DNA of 37,123 nt from an uncultured Lachnospiraceae bacterium (lineage in GTDB: Bacteria > Bacillota > Clostridia > Lachnospirales > Anaerotignaceae): positions 1-37,123 of the forward strand of contig CALWSX010000164.1 in the NCBI GenBank assembly GCA_944384285.1. Direction: 5' to 3'. A model generated the notes under the pieces. It made no database searches, was not told the origin of the DNA, and saw only the letters and a list, made by a program, of their open reading frames with translations. This document shows, piece after piece, positions 10,219 through 18,734 of the stretch (positions are counted from its first letter, which is position 1; each line of letters opens with the position of its first letter). The position numbers and the translations under genes were made by a program.

Positions 10219-11322
10219 TTAAATTCTTAAAGGTAAAACAAGATATTTATAATTTTCTTTTTCAGTACCTTTAATAATGCAAGGGCTTAAAGAAGTTGTA
10301 AAATACATAGATACATAATCTTCATCAATCGCTCTTAAAGCCTCTGAAATATATCTTGGGTTAAAAGCAATTTTTAAATTATCGCCGTCTGTTTCCGCAT
10401 GAATTTCGTCTTCTGTATTTCCGAACTGGGAATCTGAAGATATTTTTAATAATCCCAAAGATATTTCAAATTTAACAGGTATTTTTTTAATTTCCTTTGC
10501 AAATAAAGAAGCACGGTCAAGAGCCTGTAAAAGTTCTGTTTTATTAACGATAATTTTAGTTTTATATTCGTTTGTAAAACTCTGTTCGTATTTTATAAAG
10601 TCACCGTCAATAAGTCTTGATAAAAGTATATTTCCCGAAATATCAAAAAGAATGTTTTTATCATCAAAGAAAATATAAACAAAATCATCTTCTTCTGAAG
10701 GAAGAATTTTTGAAAGCTCGTTTAATGTTTTTCCAGGAACGATTATACTATTTTCATCAGCATTTTCAATTTCTTCTTCGATATAAGAAATTCTGTAACC
10801 GTCAACAGAAACCATTGAAATTTTATTATTATCAGTTTCAATAAGTTCACCTGTTAAAACAGGTCTATTTGACGCATCTGCTGCTACAGAAAAAACTGTT
10901 TGTTTAATCATATTTTTAAAAACAGAAGATTTTATTTTTATGCTGTTTTCTTTTTCGAAATTTTCGATTTTAGGAAAACTTTCACTGTTTTGAGCCATAA
11001 TATTAAACTTACTCTTATCACAAGTTAAAACTGTCTTAAAATCATCAGAACATGAAAGTTTTACTTTTTCACCAGTAAATTTTCTAATAATATCAAAGAA
11101 AAAGCTAGCATTTATTGCTATAGAACCGTCTTCAATAACTTCTGCCTCTATTTCTTTTGTTTTTATAGCTATTTCAAGGTCGTTAGCAGTTAAAGAAATT
11201 CCGGTATTATTTGCTTCTATTAAAATACACTCTAATATAGGAAGAGTAGTACGACTGTTTACTGCTTTTGAAACTATATTTACTGCATCTAAAAGATCAC
11301 TTCTCTGACAAATAAATTCCAT
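10219..11322 (-). CDS. dnaN: DNA polymerase III beta sliding clamp
   Basis: 367 aa with a typical DnaN N-terminus (MEFICQRSDLLDAVNIVSKAV..RTTLPILECILIEA) and C-terminus (YLVLPLRI). AAGGAGAG RBS. Confidence 0.95.
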   Translation of the reverse strand: MEFICQRSDLLDAVNIVSKAVNSRTTLPILECILIEANNTGISLTANDLEIAIKTKEIEAEVIEDGSIAINASFFFDIIRKFTGEKVKLSCSDDFKTVLTCDKSKFNIMAQNSESFPKIENFEKENSIKIKSSVFKNMIKQTVFSVAADASNRPVLTGELIETDNNKISMVSVDGYRISYIEEEIENADENSIIVPGKTLNELSKILPSEEDDFVYIFFDDKNILFDISGNILLSRLIDGDFIKYEQSFTNEYKTKIIVNKTELLQALDRASLFAKEIKKIPVKFEISLGLLKISSDSQFGNTEDEIHAETDGDNLKIAFNPRYISEALRAIDEDYVSMYFTTSLSPCIIKGTEKENYKYLVLPLRI

Positions 11323-11339
11323 AAAATCTCTCCTTATAA

Positions 11340-11575
11340 TTTTTGTATGAGGATAACTTAGTTGTTAACAAAATAAAGTTTTTAATAAATTAATAAAATA
11401 ATAAAGTTAAATTAGTAGTAATAGTAGTAGGGCCTGTTTATTTGTTGATAACTCATAAAACGTTTAAAAATCAAAGTTTTTAACAAATATTAACTATGTT
11501 GATAAATAAAATTAAATTTTTAAGATATTAACATTGTTAACAGCTTGTTTTTAAAACAAAAGTTATCAACATTTT
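11340..11575. other. oriC part II (dnaA-dnaN spacer): DnaA boxes, GC cluster, DnaA-trios and AT-rich unwinding element
   Basis: One-mismatch DnaA boxes: TGAGGATAA 11348-11356, TGTTGATAA 11443-11451 and 11497-11505, TTATCAACA 11563-11571. GGCC at 11431-11434. Trios at 11413-11430. A nearly pure AT stretch at 11357-11412 next to the dnaN start. Confidence 0.8.
11413..11430 (+). repeat. DnaA-trio array (TAG TAG TAA TAG TAG TAG)
   Basis: Six consecutive 5'-TAG/TAA-3' trinucleotides (3'-GAT-5' type). A GGCC cluster separates them from the nearest DnaA box, and AT-rich DNA flanks the other side. Confidence 0.8.
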
Positions 11576-11613
11576 TTGAACACAAAATTAACATAAAATA
11601 AACAAGCTTAAAT

Positions 11614-12933
11614 TTAAGCTCCTTTTATCCTTTTTTCAAGTTCAAAAAGGGTTTTTTCAAGTTCTTTATCCTTTTCAAGTTCTTTTTCTATTTTTGTACA
11701 AGCGTGAATTACTGTTGTATGGTCACGTCCTCCGAAAAATTCCCCTATTCTAGGAAGAGATGAGTCCAATAGTTTTCTTGAAAGATACATTGCTATCTGT
11801 CTTGGATAAGCAATATTTTTTGGTTTTTTAGGGCCTTTTAAGTCAGCTACAGATATTTTGTAATAAGAAGATACTATTTCCTGTATTAAAGGTATAGTAA
11901 TTTCTGTTTCTTTTTTCTCGCTGAAAATATCTTTTAAAGAGTTTTGTGCAAATTCAGGTGTAATTTCACTTCCTGTAAGTTTTGCATAAGCAACAATTCT
12001 TGTTAAAGCTCCTTCAAGCTCTCTTATGTTTGAAATAATTGATTTTGCTATAAAAGATATTACATTATCAGGTATATCAAGGTTTTCGGAATCAGTTTTC
12101 TTTCTTAAAATTGCCATTCTTGTTTCATAATCAGGTGGCTGAATATCTGCTATAAGACCACCTTCAAAACGGCTTCTTAACCTGCTTTCAAGAGTTTGAA
12201 TTTCTTTTGGTGGACGATCACTTGAAATAATAATTTGTTTGTTTGCTGTATGTAATGCATTAAATGTATGGAAAAATTCTTCCTGTGTACTTTCTTTTTT
12301 GGCTATAAACTGAATATCGTCTATAAGAAGTACATCTACATCTCTGTATTTATTTCTGAATTGTTCGTTTGTGTTTGTTTTAATTGAGTTAATAAGCTCA
12401 TTTGTAAATGTTTCTGTAGAAACGTATAAAACTTTGCTTTGTGGGCTGTTGTCTAATATAAAATGAGCTATAGACTGCATAAGATGTGTTTTACCAAGTC
12501 CAACGTCACCATAAAGGAAAAGGGGGTTATATGCACCGGCAGGATTTTCCGCAACCGCAAGGCTTGCCGCATGTGCCATTCTGTTTCCGCTTCCTACAAC
12601 AAATGTGTCAAAAGTATATCTAGGGTTAAGATTTGCTCTTAAAACATTGTCTTCTTTTTTCTCTTTTGGTTTTGATGTATTTTTGTCGGAATCATTTATT
12701 ATGGTAATATTGTAATTTTTGCCGGAAATATCGTTTATTATTGCTTTTATCTGCTCTAAGTATCTTCTTTCAATAGTTTCCTTATAAAGACCTGTTTCAT
12801 TGTCTTTTACATAAAAAACTATATTATTGTCGTCATAACTTACAAGCTGCATTGCCGTTATCCATGTATTATAAACGACTTCGGTCATATTTTTTTTAAG
12901 CACAGACTTAGCTGTATCCCATAATTTAGTCAT
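11614..12933 (-). CDS. dnaA: Chromosomal replication initiator protein DnaA
   Basis: AAA+ Walker A GDVGLGKTHLM, Walker B LLIDDIQF and a C-terminal DNA-binding domain (GGRDHTTVIHA). I prefer the ATG at 12933 (AGGAGG plus 6 nt) over the upstream in-frame ATG at 12963 used by the ORF track. Confidence 0.95.
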   Translation of the reverse strand: MTKLWDTAKSVLKKNMTEVVYNTWITAMQLVSYDDNNIVFYVKDNETGLYKETIERRYLEQIKAIINDISGKNYNITIINDSDKNTSKPKEKKEDNVLRANLNPRYTFDTFVVGSGNRMAHAASLAVAENPAGAYNPLFLYGDVGLGKTHLMQSIAHFILDNSPQSKVLYVSTETFTNELINSIKTNTNEQFRNKYRDVDVLLIDDIQFIAKKESTQEEFFHTFNALHTANKQIIISSDRPPKEIQTLESRLRSRFEGGLIADIQPPDYETRMAILRKKTDSENLDIPDNVISFIAKSIISNIRELEGALTRIVAYAKLTGSEITPEFAQNSLKDIFSEKKETEITIPLIQEIVSSYYKISVADLKGPKKPKNIAYPRQIAMYLSRKLLDSSLPRIGEFFGGRDHTTVIHACTKIEKELEKDKELEKTLFELEKRIKGA

Positions 12934-13007
12934 TTTTTTCCTCCTATGTAATACATTATACATGTGTATAATTATAAAAAATAAAATGTGAAAATATAAT
13001 TTAAATA

Positions 13008-13194
13008 TGTTATCAATACTATCAACATATATGTGGACAAGGTATTAACATATATTAATCCGTGTAAAAAAGCCATTATTTTCAAGATAATGTTTTTTTG
13101 TTATGTGTTATACACAGATTTATACACAGAATGTGGATAAATTAATACTATAAACAATTAAAAACAAGTTATAAAGTGTTTATTTTGTGGATAA
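13008..13194. other. oriC part I: DnaA-box array upstream of dnaA
   Basis: Perfect TGTGGATAA at 13132-13140 and 13186-13194. One-mismatch boxes: TGTGGACAA 13032-13040 and TTATACACA 13108-13116 and 13120-13128. Weaker boxes: TTATCAATA 13010-13018 and CTATCAACA 13019-13027. Confidence 0.8.
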
Positions 13195-13674
13195 CTAAAA
13201 AAACAAAAAAATAAAATGGCTTTGCCTGTTAATAACTATATCAAAAATATACTCTGTTTTCAATTGTTAATATTGATAGCAATTTATTTTAAACTTTATT
13301 TTGTATAGTAATTTTAACATAGAAGTACATTAAAAAAATTTCAATTTAATATCAATTTTTAAGTCGAAAAATTAATTTTTATAAAAAAAAATACATAAAA
13401 ATTAAAATTTTTTTATTATTAATTTTTTAACAATTTAATTTGGTAAAATGTACGAATTGTTTAAAAAAAAGTAACAAAGTTTATCTAAATTTTATATAAA
13501 CCTATGCAAAGTTTACTATTCAAAATCGAATTATTAATATAAAATATTTTAAAACTAAAAAAAATAGCTAAAAATTCAATAATTTTTTAATTTAAAAATT
13601 ATTATTTTCGTTTTAATTTTTATTAACTTTTATGTAAGAAACTTTTAGGTTTATGTATATTACCTATAGATAAA

Positions 13675-13703
13675 TTGCAAAAAACGTAATATAATGATAT
13701 AGT
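13675..13703 (+). promoter_or_regulatory. Candidate sigma-A promoter of the V-type ATPase operon
   Basis: TTGCAA (13675-13680), 17-nt spacer, extended -10 TGaTATAGT (13695-13703). It lies about 55 nt upstream of the first ATPase gene. Confidence 0.5.
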
Positions 13704-13760
13704 CGATTTTAGGGTAATAATGTAAGTAAAAGTAATATTTGTTGGGAAGGAGGTTTAGGT

Positions 13761-14081
13761 ATGAATAATGAAAGTTTAGATGTTATAAGCAAATTGGTTG
13801 AAATCGAAAAAATGGCAAAATCCATTACAGATGACAGTGTTAAAATGAAAGCACAGTTAAACGAAAAGATCAAAGCTGAAATTGAAGAAATCACTAAGGC
13901 GCTTTCCGCTGCCGAAGAGGAAATCTACAAAAATACAGCCGACTCTTTAGTTAAAGAAACTGATACTGCTTTACAAGAAGCTGAATCCAAAATGAAAGCT
14001 GCTATTGCCGAACTTGAAAAAATCGGTGCAGAAAGCGGTGACACCTGGGCTTTAAAAACATTTGAAAAAATCGTAAAATAA
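13761..14081 (+). CDS. V/A-type ATPase small coiled-coil peripheral-stalk subunit (G/H-like)
   Basis: 106 aa, Glu/Lys/Ala-rich and predicted all-helical. It is the first gene of the ATPase operon and has a GGAAGGAGG RBS. The assignment rests on context and composition only. Confidence 0.55.
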   Translation: MNNESLDVISKLVEIEKMAKSITDDSVKMKAQLNEKIKAEIEEITKALSAAEEEIYKNTADSLVKETDTALQEAESKMKAAIAELEKIGAESGDTWALKTFEKIVK

Positions 14082-14120
14082 CCCTCCTAAAATTTAAAAA
14101 AGGAAGAGGTGAGAAAAAAG

Positions 14121-15173
14121 ATGTTCTCTGCAAAGAATTATGGTGGGATTGTTACAAAAACAAAAGCTATTTACGGCAAGAGAATAAAGCCATCTGATTA
14201 TGAGGCTTTAGCAAATATGAAAACTGTTCCGCAGATAGCAAAATACATAATGAGTCATGAGGGCTATAAAGACGCATTCCCAGAAACAGGCAATAAAGAA
14301 AACAAAACCAGCTACATTGAGGGTAAACTTAAAGCTGAGCTTGAAAAAGAGTTTATGAGAGTTTTAAAATTTGCAAATGGCGACGATCACAGATTGCTTG
14401 AGGCTATATATACAAGACTTGAAATTGACGAAATGCTTTATTTCCTTCGTAAACTTGTTTCCGAAAGAACAGATTCTTATGAACCACGTATTTCGGAAGC
14501 CTTCAGACAACGCTCTAAAATTAACTTTAACGCATTTAAAGAAGCAAAAACTTTTCAGGATTTCATGGAAGTTATCAAAAATTCCAAGTACTATGAACCA
14601 CTTGTTAGATTCCTTCCAGTAGGTAAATTTGACTACACTGAAGTTGAAAATGTTTTATCTTCTCTCTATTATGCGGAAGTACTTAAACGTATTGAAAAAT
14701 ACGCACCTAAAAACGATGTTGCAATATTGCAAGATTTTATTGGCGGTCTTGTTGATTTAACTAATTTCTTTAGAATCATAAGATGCAAAAGATATCATAA
14801 ACTTGACGGCGAGCTTATATATGCTAATTTATTACCTCTTACATATAAGCTTGACAAGAAAATTATTGCCGACATGGTTGACGCTCCAAATTGGAACGAT
14901 GCCTACAATATAATTTATTCAACTAAATACAAAAAACTCTTCGAACAAGCAGAGTATGAATATGTTGAAGAATACTTACAGGAATTTGCCTGGGATTGTG
15001 CATCAAAAATTTTACATGGAAATAACGCAACCATAACAATGCCTTTTGCTTATTTCTATGCAAAAAATATTGAAATTAAGAATTTGACCAACATTATAGA
15101 ATGTGTCAGATACGGTGTCGACTCAAAAGACATAAAAAGACACCTTATAGGAATAAAGGATGGTGAAAAATAA
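14121..15173 (+). CDS. ntpC: V/A-type ATPase subunit C (V0 d-type)
   Basis: About 350 aa and helical, with size and operon position typical for subunit C. I prefer the ATG at 14121 over the GTG at 14109, which abuts the GGAAGAGG RBS. Its stop overlaps the next start (TAATG). Confidence 0.75.
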   Translation: MFSAKNYGGIVTKTKAIYGKRIKPSDYEALANMKTVPQIAKYIMSHEGYKDAFPETGNKENKTSYIEGKLKAELEKEFMRVLKFANGDDHRLLEAIYTRLEIDEMLYFLRKLVSERTDSYEPRISEAFRQRSKINFNAFKEAKTFQDFMEVIKNSKYYEPLVRFLPVGKFDYTEVENVLSSLYYAEVLKRIEKYAPKNDVAILQDFIGGLVDLTNFFRIIRCKRYHKLDGELIYANLLPLTYKLDKKIIADMVDAPNWNDAYNIIYSTKYKKLFEQAEYEYVEEYLQEFAWDCASKILHGNNATITMPFAYFYAKNIEIKNLTNIIECVRYGVDSKDIKRHLIGIKDGEK

Positions 15174-17104
15174 TGTCATTGCAAAAAATGAAATTTATTA
15201 CCCTCATTGCTCCTAAAGATAATATGGACGATATTTTAAAAGAGTCTTTGGCGGATTTTGAATTCCATGCTGAAAATGCTTTGGAAACTATCAACGATGC
15301 TGGTAAATTAAGAGCATTCAATGAACAGAATCCTTACGCAGACCCTATTAGAAAATTGGAAGACGCTATGTTAGCAATGAACATAGATCGCAATGAGCAG
15401 GTAGATGCCAAAATCGATAGTTTATTAAACCTCGATGAGGTTTCTGAATTATGCGATAGCAAATTGGCATACATGAAGGATTACGAAACAAAAGCTAATG
15501 AAATCAAAGCTAAAATTTCTGAAACAGAAAAAAATATCCTTCAGCTTAAACCTCTTGAGGGAACAGACCTCCAGATTGACGAAATCGTTAATATGGAATT
15601 TGTAAAAAGACGTTTCGGTAAAATGCCTGTTGAATGTTTTGAAAAGTATAAACTTTACCTTTCAGACAGAAAAAATATCATCTTTATCGAAGCTTTACAA
15701 GAAAATGGTTATGTTTGGGGATTCTATTTTGTACCTCGCCCTAATGTTCATGAAGCAGACAGATTATTCGATACACTTCATTTTGAAGTTATGGAATTAC
15801 CTTCAAACGTTACAGGAACAGCAAAAGAAGCTATTGCTACATTAACAGCTGAAATCGAGTCTTTAAAAGCTGAACTTTCTGCTCTTGAAAACGAAACAAA
15901 AGAAGAAATTTTAAAATATAAAGATGTTATTATCAAATATTATAATTATCTTTTAGAAAAAAATGAAATCTTTAAATTAAGAAACGTATGTGCACAAACA
16001 GACGTTGACTTCTATCTTGCAGGCTGGCTTCCAGCTATTGATGCAGACAGATTTGTTGCTCAGTTTGAAGATAAACCATACATAAGCTGTACAGTGGAAA
16101 ACCCTGAAGCTCTTAAGAAAAAAGGAGTTCTTGCACCATCAAAAGTTAAAAACTCAGCTATTGTAAAACCTTTTGCATTCTTCCTTGATATGTATGGAAA
16201 ACCTACATACGGAGAAATCGACCCAACACCATTTATGGCACTTACATATTTTATACTTTTTGGTATTATGTTCGGTGACGTTGGACAGGGTGCTATCATC
16301 TTCCTTGGTGGTCTTTACTTTGGATTTAAGAAAAGAATGGCACTTGGTAAAATACTTGCATACTGCGGTATCTCAAGTATGATTTTCGGTTATGTTTACG
16401 GTTCTGTATTTGGTATTGAAGAAACTATTATACCTGGATTCTTCCATCCAATGAGCAGAATTAATATGACTATCGGTTTATCTATCGTAATCGGTATCGT
16501 TATGATCGTTGTTGTAATGCTCTTAAACATTATCAACGGTTTCAAACAGGGAGACAAAGGTAAAGTATTATTTAGCACAAGTGGTGTTTGTGGTTTAATA
16601 TTCTTTATTTGCCTTGTAATTAAATTAGGAGTTCGTGATCTTTTCTTAACAGAAATTTTCCCAGAACCTTTTGCTATTGAAAGTGCTGGTTGGGTAACAC
16701 CTCTTATGCTTATTGCTCTTTTACTTATCTTCTTAAGAGAGCCATTAAGCGAACTTGTAAATGGTGAAGAACACTGGATGCCTAAAAATATTGGAAGCTT
16801 CATAGTAGACAATATCTTTGAACTTTTTGAGGTTGTTTTAAGCTATATCACAAATACTATCTCTTACATGAGGGTTGGTGCTTTCGCTCTTAACCACGTT
16901 GGTATGATGATGGTAGTATTCATCCTTGCTGGCGGACACGAAGATCCTAACTGGATTGTAGTTGCTATCGGTAACTTATTCGTTATGGCTCTTGAAGGTC
17001 TTATCGTTGGTATTCAGGTATTAAGACTTGAATTCTACGAAATGTTCAGCCGTTTCTACGATGGTGGTGGCAAGGAATTCACACCTGTTTTAAGCAAAAA
17101 ATAA
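15173..17104 (+). CDS. ntpI: V/A-type ATPase subunit I (a-type stator/ion channel)
   Basis: 643 aa. Soluble coiled-coil N-terminal half plus a multi-TM C-terminal half, with the conserved SYMRVGAFALNH and LRLEFYEMFSRFY motifs. Confidence 0.92.
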   Translation: MSLQKMKFITLIAPKDNMDDILKESLADFEFHAENALETINDAGKLRAFNEQNPYADPIRKLEDAMLAMNIDRNEQVDAKIDSLLNLDEVSELCDSKLAYMKDYETKANEIKAKISETEKNILQLKPLEGTDLQIDEIVNMEFVKRRFGKMPVECFEKYKLYLSDRKNIIFIEALQENGYVWGFYFVPRPNVHEADRLFDTLHFEVMELPSNVTGTAKEAIATLTAEIESLKAELSALENETKEEILKYKDVIIKYYNYLLEKNEIFKLRNVCAQTDVDFYLAGWLPAIDADRFVAQFEDKPYISCTVENPEALKKKGVLAPSKVKNSAIVKPFAFFLDMYGKPTYGEIDPTPFMALTYFILFGIMFGDVGQGAIIFLGGLYFGFKKRMALGKILAYCGISSMIFGYVYGSVFGIEETIIPGFFHPMSRINMTIGLSIVIGIVMIVVVMLLNIINGFKQGDKGKVLFSTSGVCGLIFFICLVIKLGVRDLFLTEIFPEPFAIESAGWVTPLMLIALLLIFLREPLSELVNGEEHWMPKNIGSFIVDNIFELFEVVLSYITNTISYMRVGAFALNHVGMMMVVFILAGGHEDPNWIVVAIGNLFVMALEGLIVGIQVLRLEFYEMFSRFYDGGGKEFTPVLSKK

Positions 17105-17183
17105 TAAAACACATTTAAAAAATTTTAAAATATTAACTAAATACTAAATAATTTAAAATATTTTAATTTAGGAGGATTTAATT

Positions 17184-17612
17184 ATGGAATATTTAGCAAT
17201 TTTAGCATTAACAGTTGGAGTAGTTTCACCTTTAATTTCATTATACAGAAAAAAAGTATCTGGCAAAGAAATCACTAAAAGAACAATAAGAAGCACATTC
17301 GGTATCAATGCTCTTTCATTCTTCTCACTCTGCCTTCTTTTCGCTTTCACAGGCGCTACAGTATTTGGTGCTTCAGAAGCAGTTGAAGTAGCTAACGCTG
17401 CTGCAAATGGTTGGAGATTCGTTGGTGCTGGTTTATCAACTGGTCTTTCATGTGTTGGTGGTGGTATCGCCGTTGCTTCAGCAGCTTCAGCAGCTTTAGG
17501 TGCTATCTCAGAAGATCCAAAAATCATGGGTAAAGCTCTTATCTTCGTTGCTCTTGCAGAAGGTGTTGCTCTTTACGGTGTTATCATTTCTATCCTTATT
17601 CTTAATCAGTAA
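17184..17612 (+). CDS. ntpK: V/A-type ATPase proteolipid subunit K (c-ring)
   Basis: 142 aa with four predicted TM helices. The C-terminal hairpin is Gly/Ala-rich and carries one carboxylate (ALAEGVALYG). AGGAGG RBS. Confidence 0.88.
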   Translation: MEYLAILALTVGVVSPLISLYRKKVSGKEITKRTIRSTFGINALSFFSLCLLFAFTGATVFGASEAVEVANAAANGWRFVGAGLSTGLSCVGGGIAVASAASAALGAISEDPKIMGKALIFVALAEGVALYGVIISILILNQ

Positions 17613-17669
17613 TAAAAATAATAATGTTATCAAAAAATTAAAAATTTTATGGGAGACCGGAGGTGCGGT

Positions 17670-17978
17670 ATGAGATACTATCTTATAAGCGATAACATCG
17701 ATACAAAAACCGGGCTTCGTCTTGTTGGTATCGATGGCACTTATGCAAGTACAGAACAGGAGTTTTCTGCCGCTTTGGATAAGGTTCTTGCCGATAACAG
17801 CATTGGTATATTATTGGTTACGGAAAAACTTTCCACCATGTGTGAGGACATTCTTTTTGATATTAAAACAAACAGAAAAACTCCTTTATTAACTATCATT
17901 CCTGACAGCAATGGCACAGGAAGAGAAAAGGATTCCATCACAAAATATGTAACTGAAGCTATCGGTATTAAAATTTAA
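17670..17978 (+). CDS. V/A-type ATPase subunit F
   Basis: About 100 aa with the typical F pattern (GFRLVGIDG...ILLVTEKL). I prefer the ATG at 17670 (GGAGG 17659-17663) over the ATG at 17649. Confidence 0.8.
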   Translation: MRYYLISDNIDTKTGLRLVGIDGTYASTEQEFSAALDKVLADNSIGILLVTEKLSTMCEDILFDIKTNRKTPLLTIIPDSNGTGREKDSITKYVTEAIGIKI

Positions 17979-18006
17979 CGAGAAGTAATCCGGGAGGTTA
18001 TTCATT

Positions 18007-18615
18007 ATGGTTGATATGAACGAAAAGCTCACGCTTTTTAGCCAGATTGTGAAAGAAGACGCCTTAAGCCAGATGAACGCACTTGATAAAGAAAACGATG
18101 AAAAGAAAGCTAAAGCAGTTAATGCCTTCAAAGAAGATTACGAGAGAGAAAGAGAAAATCGTATCAAATTTGAAAACTTAAAAATTCAGCGTGAATATAA
18201 ACAAGTTGTGGCTAAAAAACTTCGTGGCTACAGAGTTGAGCTTATTAAAAAACGTGACGAAATTGTAAATGATATTTTCGATAAAGTTGTTGTTCGTCTT
18301 AACGACTACATGAAAACTGACGACTACAAAAACTTTATCATTGATAGATTAGGCAAAGCAGAAAAAATCATGGACACAAAAGATTTTGAACTTTGCTGTA
18401 ACGAAAGAGATATGGCTCTTTGCGAAAAAATCGTTGACGAATTAAAATATCAGTACAATATTACATTAAAACTTGACAGAGGTATTTTAATCGGTGGCGT
18501 TATCATTAAAAAGAAAGACGCAAACCTTATCTCAGATGAAACTTTTGACTTTAGATTAAATCAGGCAAAAGAAGGATTTATTAAAGAAAGCGGTTTAACA
18601 ATTCCTGAGTTCTAA
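18007..18615 (+). CDS. ntpE: V/A-type ATPase subunit E (peripheral stalk)
   Basis: 202 aa. Long charged N-terminal helix plus a globular C-terminal domain. Operon context and a GGGAGG RBS. Confidence 0.8.
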   Translation: MVDMNEKLTLFSQIVKEDALSQMNALDKENDEKKAKAVNAFKEDYERERENRIKFENLKIQREYKQVVAKKLRGYRVELIKKRDEIVNDIFDKVVVRLNDYMKTDDYKNFIIDRLGKAEKIMDTKDFELCCNERDMALCEKIVDELKYQYNITLKLDRGILIGGVIIKKKDANLISDETFDFRLNQAKEGFIKESGLTIPEF

Positions 18616-18734
18616 TTGGTGAAGGCAAAAAAGCCATAAAGCAAAAAGCTTTATCCATATTAATAATTTAAGCATTATTAAAAATTGTTAAACGAAAATT
18701 ATAATTCTTAGAAAAAGAAAGGTGGGCAACGGTT

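Noticed and set aside
12934-12963. N-terminal extensions proposed by the ORF track: dnaA from 12963, marR from 7192, ntpC from 14109, the subunit F gene from 17649 and the membrane protein from 22899.
   Set aside because: In each case a downstream ATG has a properly spaced GGAGG-type RBS. The upstream start overlaps or abuts that RBS.
13362-13368. A Spo0A-box-like AGTCGAA in the AT-rich region next to oriC, and TTTCGAAA at about 223-230 in the gyrB promoter spacer.
   Set aside because: Each is a single partial match (6/7 at best) to TGTCGAA. With no clustering, this is not distinguishable from chance.
16396-17527. Long antisense ORFs opposite ntpI and ntpK (16396-16812, 138 aa; 17168-17527, 119 aa). 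Similar ORFs lie opposite gyrB, gyrA, dnaN and the second MATE gene (for example 24013-24570, 185 aa).
   Set aside because: They lie fully inside strongly supported genes on the other strand, lack RBSs and have low-complexity or odd composition. They are typical shadow ORFs.
18636-18654. A hairpin ATAAAGC-aaaaa-GCTTTAT in the unusually long (119-nt) ntpE-ntpA gap, considered as an internal terminator or attenuator.
   Set aside because: The stem is a weak 7-bp AT-rich one with no following U-tract, and I found no convincing internal promoter. It is probably only an mRNA processing or stability element, if it has any function.
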